DNA of 55,971 nucleotides. It comes from Chromera velia. Lineage: Eukaryota. Below, in pieces: positions 1 through 11,000 of this stretch. Where the stretch lies: positions 1 to 55,971 of the forward strand of contig JAHBMJ010000121.1 of the NCBI GenBank assembly GCA_018398765.1, in the 5' to 3' direction. Numbering within the stretch: position 1 is the stretch's first letter; every line of letters starts with the position of its first letter. The position numbers were made by a program, and so were the translations under genes. The notes beneath the pieces are model-generated. The model worked only from the letters and a program-made list of their open reading frames with translations. It did not search any database and was not told the DNA's origin.

Positions 1-46
1 TGTGCGTGTGTGTGTGTGTGCGTGCGTGTGTGTGTGCGTGTGTGTG

Positions 47-85
<39 letters not shown>
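1..85. repeat. (TG)n/(CGTG) microsatellite in an intron
   Basis: Direct reading; lies just upstream of the ttgcag acceptor at 114. Confidence 0.95.
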
Positions 86-87
<2 letters not shown>

Positions 88-114
88 TCACGCTCTTCTC
101 TGTGTTGCTTGCAG

Positions 115-1344
115 AGACCTTGCCTTTTTGGGTAGGCTGAACGAAAGCCTGCTCCACCTGACATTTCAGCCCTTTCGGTGTCAGCAACTCAGAGACTGCT
201 CTCCTGCAGCACTCTCTCTTGTTCCTGCGGTTTGCGGCTTTTGGCGCCGTGAGCTTCAGGATCGATGTGACGTTCTTCCTTTCATAAGGGAGGCATCAAG
301 GCTCCTGGCAGAGCCTGGGGCTTATTCGTTCGTTCCTGAAAAGTACGCAGGAAGAGACGACTACTATGCAGCTCTACGAAGAAGACTTGAGGTTCATGTG
401 TCAGGAGACCATCTCTTGGAACGAACTGATCGCAGTGAAATTGAAAAGAATCATATTCGAGGAAATCAGGGAGAGCGGATTTCATCCCGTGCCACCCAGA
501 GATTGATCGATGCAAGTCGGTACTCCTTCACTCTGCGGAGAGACCCCTCTGCCCGAGGGGGGAGGGGGGGTCCCCTTCTATCCAAATTCCAACAGATGAT
601 GCAAGGACGGAGATTGCGCCCTCGTGTGCTGCGAGGGAAACGGAGTGCGGTCCCTCCCCCCCTATCGATCTCTCAGGGGACAACCTCATCCATGTTCAGC
701 CACATGCGGATGTATGAGACACCAGAGGGGGTAGAAAGACTGGGGAAGGACGCAGAGGTGCAACGACAGGTGATGGGTCTGCACTTGTCAGAGTGTAGTC
801 CTGAGTCGAGTCTTCTTCGGAGAGGCCGTCAGAGCCCTTCTATGTCTGGTGAGAGGGCGATGGACTTCCTGAGTGCTTCTGAGATCGTGTTGATGCTGAG
901 GGGATTGGACGAAATGAGAGTCTATCCCGAGAGGCTCATGAAGGCTGTTGCAGAAAGACTCTGCGGCAGTGAGGTGAACGTCGAGTTGAAGGCAGAACAT
1001 CTTCCGCCTCTTCTGTTGTTTCTCGCCAATGTCAAAGAAGATTCTCCATCACTCAGGGCGGCTGTGGAGGGACTCATTCTGCGGGTCTGTTTGCCGTTCT
1101 TTAATTCCCGTCGAATATCTCTACCTGTCTGTGTTCTCCACTGGCGTGGAGGTCTTTCACATCCTGTTGCTTTGGTCGCACATCAGTTTTTCGTTTCTTT
1201 GTTCCTTCCTTCCTTCCTTCCTTCCTTCCTTTCTTGCTTCCTTCCTTCCTTTCTTTCTTTCTTTCTTTCTTTTCTTTTCTTTTCTTTTCTTTCTTTCTTT
1301 CTTTCTCTCTCTCTCTCTCTCTCTCTCCCTCTCTCTCTCTGTCC

Positions 1345-1378
<34 letters not shown>

Positions 1379-4300
1379 CCTTCTTTCTTTCGTTCGTTCG
1401 TTCGTTCGTTCGTTTCTGTGTGTTTTGTTTCATCATTTCGTCTCTGCTTTGATTATCTTTAACTATTTGACTGGTGGTTCGTTTCCTTTTCCTGTTCCCC
1501 TTTCAGACCTCCCACGGCCTTCCAGACGACGCCGTGCCTCCCTGCCTCTTCGGAGCGTATGCGATGGGCCTGAAAGGATTGGCATTTGATGCTCTCCTAG
1601 AAAAGGCCAGAAGCTCGTGCGTGACTCATGACGGAGAGTATAGACAACTCCTGCAGGTCTGTTGGTATCTCTGTCTGTTGGTCTCCCTAGCTCTCTGTCA
1701 GCCTGTCGGCCTGTCTATGTGTCTCCTCTTCTTTTGTACCCGACCGGAACGTCATTTCTGGAGAGCTCCGACCCAGCAAGTGGACAACAAACACAAATAA
1801 TGTCTCTCCATGGACGCTCCACTTCTCAGTCACAAGAGGCCCCATTTTCCCTTCTCAGTCACAAGAAGCCCCATTTTTCCTTCTCAGTCACAAGAGGCCC
1901 CATTTTTCCTTCTCAGTCACAAGAGGCCCCATTTTTCCTTCTCAGTCACAAGAGGCCCCATTTTTCCTTCTCAGTCACAAGAGGCCCCATTTTCCCTTCT
2001 CAGTCACAAGAGGCCCCCACTTTTCCTTAAGTCACAAGAGGCCCCATTTTCCGTTCTCAGTCACAAGAGGCCCCATTTTTCCTTCTCAGTCACAAGAGGC
2101 CCCATTTTCCCTTCTCAGTCACAAGACGCCCCACTTTCCTTCTCAGTCACAAGAGGCCCTATTTTCCCTTCTCAGTCACAAGAGGCCTCATTTTCCCTTC
2201 TCAGTCACAAGAGGCCCCATTTTTCCTTCTCAGTCACAAGAGGCCCCATTTTCCCTTCTCAGTCACAAGAGGCCCCATTTTCCCTTCTCAGTCACAAGAG
2301 GCCCCATTTTCCCTTCTCAGTCACAAGAGGCCCCATTTTCCTTTTTCAGTCACAAGAGGCCCCATTTTTCCTTCTCAGTCACAAGACGCCCCATTTTCCC
2401 TTCTCAGTCACAAGAGGCCCCATTTTTCCTTCTCAGTCACAAGAGGCCCCATTTTTCCTTCTCAGTCACAAGAGGCCCCATTTTTCCTTCTCCGTCACAA
2501 GAGGCCCCATTTTTCCTTCTCAGTTACAAGAGGCCCTATTTTCCTTCTCAGTCACAAGAGGCCCCATTTTCCCTTCTCAGTCACAAGAGGCCCCATTTTC
2601 CCTTCTCAGTCACAAGAGGCCCCATTTTCCCTTTTCAGTCACAAGACGCCCCATTTTGCGTTTTCACTCACAAGAGGCCCCATTTTCCCTTTTCAGTCAC
2701 AAGAGGCCCCATTTTCCCTTTTCAGTCACAAGAGGTGTCCCAGATGTCCGGTCTTCTTGCTGGCTTGTCATCTTTATGAATTAATTCACTGAAGAGAGAG
2801 ACGGTCTGTCTGCAGATGGTTGCTTTGGGGCTGCGGTTGGACTCCCTTGAGGCCCCTGCAAATGGGGACCCTCGTTCTTCTGTCTCCTCCAGTTTCTCTG
2901 AGACCGCCTGGCGATTCTGTTCCTGGATGGAGGGCATGGAGACTAGCGAGTTGAAGGCAACAGAGGGGGTATGGGGGAGACCGGCCGTGTGGAGACCCCA
3001 AAGTGGCAGTGCGGGGGAAGTGAGCATACGAATAACGGACCTCGCTTGGCGTCCAGAGGAAGGCATTGATCGGTGCAGGGCGGGAAAGGGAAGGGGAGAG
3101 GTGATGGACCAAATTGTTGAGGCGATGAGAAGTCGGGGGGTCGGTCTGCAGTTTGTCTGTTTTGATCATTCTAATATTTTAGCTTATTTCTGTCTGCCCT
3201 CCCTGGTACGATCTTCTAGTCACTTCTAAACTGTTTTGACCCTTTCGTTTTCTATCGCAAAAACAAAAGAAAATGATTCTTCCACAGAGAACACACAGAT
3301 TTGCTGTGACGGCTCTTTTCGCCTGTGTCCCATTCTTGCTTGTTCTGTTTGTCCTTTTCCCTGCTCTCCGTTCTGTGTGACTGCTTCTTTTTTCTTATCC
3401 AGGCAGACGAATCATCATGCAATAAACTCTGCAACTCCTCAGTTTCACTTTGCTTTGTTGTTCTTACATCGATCTTCATATTTATTTGTGTGTCTCCCTT
3501 CCCTTTGTCTCTCTGCTTGTCGGGTCGACCCACGGCTTTCCTTTCTGTCTCTGTCTCCCATCTGTTCTTGCGGCTGTCTCCCTCATTCGATCTGTTCTTG
3601 CGGCTGTCTGCCTCGCCCCTTCAGCTGGACGCTGTGGCGGCGCTTCCGTGCAACCCTTTCGTGATCGACGTCGCGGTCATGGAGGGGCCTTGGCCGTCTC
3701 GTGCCGGGGCCTTCTCGTCCCCCGGGCTGGCCTCCCACTCAGTCGCAGGAGGGGTGTGGGGTCTGTTTTCGAACGAGGCTTCTCTGAAGGATCCTGTTGA
3801 GACAGCCAGAGAGAGCCGAGACAGAATATCCACGCACACGGTGAACTCTTCAGGTGGGAGCCTTCACAGGACCCCCCTGGATTTGAACGGGGATGGCGTC
3901 GACGTCCTCGTACAGCTATCTGAGGGGGGGGACGACGGAGTTTCTGCGTCTTCTTTTTCGGTCGAGGACTCCAGAGCTCCTCCTCCAATTCTTTCGCGTG
4001 AAGGGCAGCTGGGGTCGCAGCCCAGGCAGCACTCTGTGGCAGCGTCGTGGGACGTGTCTTCAGAAGGAGGAGCGGCCGGTTGGACTTCCGGAGTCGATCC
4101 GTCGGCTGCATCGTTTCATGTGCCTCCAGAGGGCAGACGGTGGGGGACTGCGCTGTTTCTGGTCGAAAGTCTGGGGGATATTGAGGTGAGGGAGTTGACT
4201 GGTTTAGGCCAGGGAAAAGAAAGTGGGGGATTTCAACAAGGAGGGGAACAACAAGAGGAAGGGGGAGGTGCTCCTCCGCCTCGTGCGACAACAGCATTTG

Positions 4301-4830
4301 CTCGAGTGAGGTCAGCACATGTTCATTCCTTTTGAGAAGATCTTCTGAGTTTTTCGACGACTATTACTGTTCATCGGGCAGATCCTTTCCCTAGTTTTTC
4401 TCTCCTTCCTCCCCTCCTGCATGCCTTCCTTCCTTTATTTCTTTCTTTCTTCCGTCCTTTCCCTCCTTCTAGGAAGGAGGTGGAGTATCCACTGACTTTC
4501 TCAAGCGTCAAAAGAGCCAGCCGGCTTTGTGGTTTTACCTTTTCCGCCCTTTGTGTCTCTCTGTGCCTGTGTTGCAGAGAATCGTTACTGCAACGACTTG
4601 GGTGGCAAGTCGCCTACCTCCCTGTGTCAGACTGGAAGCAAGTTGAATTTCGCGGAGATGGAACGGGGACAGGGCCTTGGTCGGGTTTGGGATCTGGGGA
4701 TGGGTCTCTGTGGGAGCTTTCGCCAGAAAGAGGGGAAGGTGATTTCAAACGTCCCACTTCAGGAGTTTTTCAGCCAAAGTTCTCATCTCAGGCTAGCTGT
4801 GATGGCCAAGAAAGTGCAGAGAGAGTATGA
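115..4830 (+). CDS. RAP-domain (FASTK-like) organellar RNA-binding protein, 5'-partial, multi-exon
   Basis: Phase-consistent GT-AG exons 115-1084, 1507-1656, 2816-3139, 3625-4310 and 4578-4830. The spliced C-terminus reads ...MRSRG|LDAVAALPCNPFVIDVAV...TAFARVR|ESLLQRLGWQVAYLPVSDW, matching the RAP pattern (y.iDia ... K/R.rlL...GW.v..ip..eW). Upstream exons are helical and Leu-rich. Confidence 0.75.
1203..1412. repeat. Compound pyrimidine microsatellite (CCTT/CTTT/CT/CGTT)n in an intron
   Basis: Direct reading; inside intron 1085-1506. Confidence 0.95.
1813..2736. repeat. 29-bp minisatellite, ~31-32 copies (CTTCTCAGTCACAAGAGGCCCCATTTTCC), intronic
   Basis: Unit recurs every 29 nt (e.g. 1852, 1881, 1910) with no spacers; fills intron 1657-2815. 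Confidence 0.95.
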
Positions 4831-4868
4831 GATGCTCCTCCTAAGATATCACCTTACTGTCGATATAA

Positions 4869-4962
4869 ACAGCACTGGCATGCATTGAAGGGGGCACGTT
4901 TTTAGTATTGATATTGATTTTTTTACAGCACTGGCATGCATTGAAGGGGGCACCTTTTTAGT
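4869..4962. repeat. Short direct duplication (ACAGCACTGGCATGCATTGAAGGGGG(G)CAC..TTTTAGT) x2 downstream of the RAP gene stop
   Basis: Two near-identical copies starting at ~4869 and ~4925. Confidence 0.85.
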
Positions 4963-5351
4963 GTAAATTCCTAGCAACCTCGCTTTAACTCACGTCTACT
5001 TCCTGGGTGGTCACTGCTCTGGTACATACCCCTGATCTATCGATTTCTTTCCGCTGCCTTTGGAAGCTGTATTATTTAATGAATAATAGATGAGGAGTTA
5101 TGGAACAATGTAACTTTACGTTATTTTACTTAATTTTGACTGTTACTAACTCAGTCTAACTGTCACTTGGTTTACAGTTGATGCAAAAATCATTTGAAAA
5201 ATGAATATCATATAATAAATATGCAGAGTGATTCTAGATCTAGTTTTAGATGAACATTATATGATGAGTCATTCTCATTTCATTCTAGAAAAGACATATT
5301 GCAGCGTAAGGGCATAGGCTAGGGCACAGGTCCTAGCAGAGGCGGGGGGGG

Positions 5352-5458
5352 NNNNNNNNNNNNNNNNNNNNNNNNNNNNNNNNNNNNNNNNNNNNNNNNN
5401 NNNNNNNNNNNNNNNNNNNNNNNNNNNNNNNNNNNNNNNNNNNNNNNNNNNNNNNNNN
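5352..5458. other. Assembly gap (N run)
   Basis: Run of N flanked by G tracts. Confidence 0.99.
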
Positions 5459-5789
5459 CTAGGGGGGGGGAAAGAATTTTTTTTTTGTTTTACAGTCATT
5501 TTCTATTGTCTGCGGAGCACTTTTAGGTATATGTTCAGCATGATGTAGCATGATGTGATATATTGGCTAGTTTAGTATTGGGAAGACTAAGACTTGAAGT
5601 AGACACGGTGACCCTTTTGTCACTATCGACAAGAGAAGGCCCTTCAAATTTGAATATCTATGAATATCATTTGCATCATTATTCGTTCGAGAAAACTTTC
5701 CTCCGCGGCGCGCGCGGGGCGCCCTTTGGGCGCCTTGCGGCGTTTACCCATGCGCATGAACATGCATACAAAAACGCTGTGAGCTTTAT

Positions 5790-6660
5790 TTGACGCAAGT
5801 AAGCTTGCGAACGGCCCCGGAAAGCAAGAAAAATGAGAACTGCACGATTGACGTACGCCGGCCATTGCATATGGTGCATGTATGGTAGCGCCGACCCCCC
5901 CCCCCCTTTGCAGGAAAAAAACAGTGTGGAAACCCCCCCCTCCCCGTAGGAAAAAAGTCTGGCGGCCATCTGACGTACGTATGGTGCAAATCAAGCCTTT
6001 CGGGGCCGGGTTTTTAGTAAAAGACTAGTGTGCATGCATCTGACGCAAGCAAGCTTGTAAACAGCCCCAGAAAGCAAGAAAAATGAGAACTGCACGATTG
6101 GCGTACACCGGCCATGCAACCTTGCGCCGATCCCCCCCCCCGCGGGAAAAAAGCATGCGCGGAACCCCCCCCTCCCTCGGGAAAAAAACCTGGGAGTAAG
6201 TGGAGATCTGAGACCCATCTGACACATGCATGGCCCAAATTTAGCCTTTCAGGGCTGGGTGGCCCCAGAAAGTGAAGCGGGGGGCACTTACAAAACAAAA
6301 ATACCCCAGCTCATACATGCAGTGTCTTTCGCCAAAAAAAGGCCCCGGAAAGATCCCGCCTAACTTAAATGGTCCAAAAAAGCATGAACCCGACTTCAAC
6401 CCGTCGCTATGCATGCGTACGTTAGATATGGGTGGCCCCGGAAAGCGACCGCGAAAAGGCTGAATTTGCGCCATGCGTGCATCAGAGCTAGTTAAAGCAT
6501 ACCCCGGGCTTTTTTTCCGGGGAAAGGGGGGTTCCGCAGCTTTTCCTGCGGGGATCGGCGTGACGGCTAGCCACCGGCCGGCGTGCATCAATCGTGCAGT
6601 TCTCATTTTTCTTGCTTTCCGGGGCCGTTTGCAACTTGCAAGCTTGCTTACATCAGATTT
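5790..6660. mobile_element. Foldback/MITE-like repeat: two direct ~220-250-bp units plus one inverted unit
   Basis: GCAAGYAAGCTTG..GGCCCCRGAAAGCAAGAAAAATGAGAACTGCACGATTG at ~5795 and ~6045; its reverse complement at ~6575-6650. No coding capacity. Confidence 0.7.
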
Positions 6661-7290
6661 TTGGTGAAAGACTCTGCATGCGTGCATGCACGCGTGGGCT
6701 GGGGTCTATAACCGTCAGTCTTTAAATTTAGCTAATAGGTATAACTTATCTTCAGAGATAAAATCGGTAGCTATGGCGAATTGGCTAGTTATCCAATTGT
6801 ATTTTGTTTGCTAAGATAGGATAGGACTTTATGTTTCAGGAATCCCCTGCTAATATTTGTGAGGTTTGACTAGGCTAGTCAAACCCTTTCAGACTAGATA
6901 ATGGCTAATGTGTATAGAGAGTTTCAGATCGAGGTGTGAATCACCGTGTGATAGGCATAATTAAAGGTATAAGATATGCCTCTGCTACGGTCTGTATCCG
7001 TAAACCAAGTATAAAGACTATTTGCAAAAGCTTCTACTACTATTTGCAAAAATTAAAATGATAGACAGCTAGGCCCGGGCTATGCATATCTAGGTACATA
7101 TAAGGCTGCTCTAGGGCTAGCCCTAGGGGCTGCCCCACTACAAACACTGCCAAATTAAAGAGCTTTAATATGCATCATAATGCATGATTGATTCAGATTG
7201 AAAAATTATGAAAAGTTGTTGAAAACAAAAAAAAATGATAGTTTTGTAAAAAAAAAAAACTATAGAACTAAGCTGAGAACAGCCCTATAT

Positions 7291-7800
7291 TACTTAATTG
7301 ACCAGGTGTTTGTCTTTATCAAATTTTCTTCTCTCTTTACTCCTTCCTCATAAAAACCAGCTGATCATATTACGAGCATAAACTTGAACCTTTGTGGTTC
7401 CCTCTTCCCTTGTCAAGTTGGTGACTGAATTATAGTATTGATTGCTTCGATTGAGTTGCCACTTTGCCTTTGGGCGGCGTAAGCCAGTGTAGATCTTCGA
7501 AAGAGTCTGTCATTAACTCCGTTTTTTTCTCTCATCACCTCTCATCCATCCTTGCCTTTACTCTCTTTTCGGATTGATTCAGAATTTAATGTATGAATGT
7601 GGTGTGCGCGTGTACCGAGCGCTTATGTCTCCATGCGCCTCCGTAGATGTGGTATGCCTTAAGGCGAATCGATCTGATTGGCATGCAAGCTTCCTCATCC
7701 CCCCCCGTATGAATGTGTGTTCTGGGTTGTCCTCAAAGCCTTGTTAGTGGCTTGGGATCTGGCGTCGCTAGATCTAGGATTTAACCCTCAATCATTATCA
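7291..7800 (+). mobile_element. 5'-truncated copy of an (ATC)n-tailed, non-LTR-like element (copy A)
   Basis: Aligns by eye to the reverse complement of 54545-55050 with 12 substitutions and 2 indels. Ends ...AACCCTCAATCATTATCA. Possible TSD ATATTA at 7287-7292 and 7800-7805. Confidence 0.75.
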
Positions 7801-8089
7801 TATTAAAACATTTAAATGTTACACATTTTTACCTAATTAATTTCTAAACTTTTCCTTCACGTTTTTTTTATTTTAGACCGGACCTGAGCGGTGATTTCAA
7901 TCATATTCATCTTTAAGGTTGAAAAGGTTCTATCATACATAATCATACAAACTTTCGAGCCATATTTGGAATCAACGGTTTTACTCTATGTTTTACTAAA
8001 AAGACAGTCAATATACTGCAGTCTCAGAAGTCTGAACCTAGGTCTGAACTAGGGAATGAACGGTAGACTGAACCTTTTAACCTTACTCT

Positions 8090-11000
8090 TCATTCGTCAG
8101 CGAGATTTTTGCCCTGGCCTCTCATGGCAGTTTGAAGCAACAAGGCTGCATGAATCGCACTATGCAACTGGCCCTGTATTCGCATTTCCTCGAGGTACTG
8201 CAGGAGAGGATCCAAATCGGAGCCTGCCTCCCTCTGCTTTGCTGCGCCCTTCTTTATGGCATTCTCCAGCGCTTTGTACGTAGCCGTGTTCGGCTGAACC
8301 CCCCACTCATCCATCTCGTGAAACAGTTCAAGTGCCACCCTCCACTGGCAGCCACCCTCTGCCTTTTCCATCACACCAATCAACGCGTTGAACATGATCA
8401 GATCAGGTTCAACTCCCCTCCCCTTCATCTGATCGAACAACTCCACCGCCCTCTCCCACCAACAACCACCCTCAGCCTTTTCCAGTGCCCTGACCAGGGC
8501 TCTGTACGTACCCTTATCAGGCTCCACTCCCCTCTCTTCCATCTCTGTAAACAAATCAAACGCCTTTGTCCATTCACTGCACCCCGCTGCACTGTTCAGT
8601 GCACTGATCAACGCACTGTACGTGACCTCATCGGGGTGCACACCCTTCTCCTTCATCTCCTCAAAGAACCCGAGAGCTCTCTTCCAATCACTACCTCCTG
8701 CGACCTTCTCCATTGCACTGATCAATGCAGTATACGTAAACAAATCGGGCTCAAAACCCTTCTCCTTCATCTCTACATACAATTCAACGGCCAACTCCCA
8801 CTGACTCCCTCCCTCAACCCTAACCATTGCACCGATCAACGCACTGTACGTACGTGTGATGGGCTGAATCCCTGACCCTTTCATCTCGTCAAACAACTGT
8901 AGTGCCCTTTCCCACTGACTCCCCTCAGGAGCCTTCCCCATCGCTTCGATCAAAGCAGTGTACGTGACCAAGTCTGGTCTCATGCCACTCCTCTTCATCT
9001 CATGAAAAAACGCAAGCGCTATTCCCCACCGGCTGCCCCCTGCAGCCTTTTCCATCGCACTGATCAAGGAGGTGTATGTATGCATATTAGGCTCTATCCC
9101 CATCTCCTTCATTTCATCGTAAAGAGTGAGTGCCCTTTCCCATTGACTTCCCCCCGCAGCCTTCCCCATCGCACCGGTCACAGCATTGTACGTGATCGTC
9201 GTGCGCTCTATTCCTTTATTCTTCATCTCCTCAAAAAGTTCAATGGCCAATTCCCACTTGCTACCCCCCGCAGCCTTCTCCATCGCACTGGTCAATGCAT
9301 TATACGTGATGGTATTCTGTTTGATGTTCCTCTCTCTCATCTCTGCGAAAAGCTCGAGCGCAGTTTCCCACTGACTCCCACCCCTCGCCTTCTCCAATGC
9401 CGTGAGCAATGCACTGTACGTCATCGTGCAGGGCTTAATCCCACTTTCCTTCATTTCCTCAAACAAAGCGAGGGCCTTTCTCCACTCACTGCCACCCTTT
9501 GCCCTACCCATCGCACTCGTCAGAGCGTTGTAAGTATACCTGTCGGGCTGAATCCTCCTCTCTTTCATCCGCTCAAACAGTTCAAGGGCAATCTGCCACT
9601 CGCTACCACCCTTTGCCTTCTCCATTGCGCTAATCAGCGCATTGTACGAGATCCTGTCTGGATTCAACCCCCTCTTCTCCATTTCTCCAAACAACTGAAG
9701 CGCCCTTTCCCACTCACTACCACCCCCAGCTTTTTCCATCGCACTGATCAACGAATTATATGTGATCACATCAGGCTGAATTCCATCACCCTTCATCTCT
9801 TCGAACAGCTCAAGCGCCTTCTCCCACTGACTGCCACCCTTGGCCTTTTCCATCGCAGTGATCAACGAATTATACGAATACTTGTTGGGCCTCACCCCCC
9901 GCGACCTCATTTTGTTGTAAACAACAAGGGCTTTCTTCCACCTGCTCCCACCTTTTGATTTCGCTAACGCACTGATCAAAGTACTGTACGTAAACGTATC
10001 AGGCTCTAACCCCCTCCTCTCCATCTCCGCAAACAAAGACAGTGCCATTCGCCAGCGACTCCCCCCTTCAGCCGCTTTCATTGCACTTATCAACGAATTG
10101 AACGTCCGGGCGTCTGGCTTGATCCCTCTTTTCTTCATCACCCCAAACAAACTGAGCGCTCTTCTCCACTCCGTACCTTTGGGAGCATTTCCATAAGCAC
10201 TTATCAAAGAATTGTACGTAAAAGTGTTGGGGCTCGCATCCCCCCCCCTTCTCCTCATCTCTTCAAAAAGCTCATTCGCCTTTTTCCACCTGCTACCCCC
10301 CGCAGCTTTCTCCAACGCGCTGATCACCGCACTGTAAGTGAAAGTGTCAGGCGTGACACCCCTTTCCTCCATCTCCCCCAAGAGCTCTAAAGCCTTCCTC
10401 CACTGACTACCGCCCGGCGCTTTTGCCAACGCACCAATCACGTTGGTGTATATCCGGGCGTTGGGCATGGGTGGGCCCTGCACTTTGTGCTTCCAGAAGT
10501 CCCCCAGGGTGTCCAGACCAACCGCGTCACCCCTTCCCGCGGCACACCACACACGGTCCCTCCACTCCTTCGCTTTTCTCTTCATCTCTTCAAAGACTTC
10601 AAGGGCCAGAGACCACCTGCCGGCCTTGCTCAAGACGTCGATGACTACTGCATAGTCATGAGCGCTTGGAGTGATCAGGCGTTTGAAGTGTTCCAACGCC
10701 GCTTGCCAGTTGGCGTGGTTCCCCCGAAACTCTCCTCGCACCCCCACTGGTCTGCACCAACGAGAGAGAGCAAAAGAGAGAGAGAAAAAAGAAGGCCGTC
10801 ACGAAGGAAGGAAGAGAAATTCGAAAAGAGAAGGAACGTCTCTGCTTTCACCCAGACAGTCCAGTGCATGCCACAACCACACACGTCTTTGGTGCGTGTT
10901 TCGACAAGAACGCACTGCCAGAAAACCAAGGAAAAGAAAAAAAAAACATGCAGCATGGAGATTGATAGACATCAGCAGGCAGCCAGCAGAGCGAGAAGAA

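Noticed and set aside
1029..1589. ORFs rich in F/L/S or K/E/R across microsatellites (also 37717-38128 and 42859-43260)
   Set aside because: They are translations of intronic simple repeats.
1813..2736. CRISPR-like 29-bp repeat array and the 324-aa ORF 1810-2784
   Set aside because: The units are head-to-tail with no unique spacers, there are no cas genes, and the context is a eukaryotic intron. The ORF is a by-product of a stop-poor repeat.
7781..7790. TAACCCT as a telomeric repeat or telomerase template
   Set aside because: A single unit within a dispersed repeat.
8132..9958. Long plus-strand ORFs opposite the PPR gene (similar ones lie opposite the second PPR and the LRR gene)
   Set aside because: Antisense shadows of GC-rich coding sequence with no independent features.
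8090..10747. OPR or HPR assignment based on the 38-aa period
   Set aside because: The consensus (TYxALI...A..LF.EM...GI.PD) is PPR-type and lacks the OPR PPPEW-like signature.
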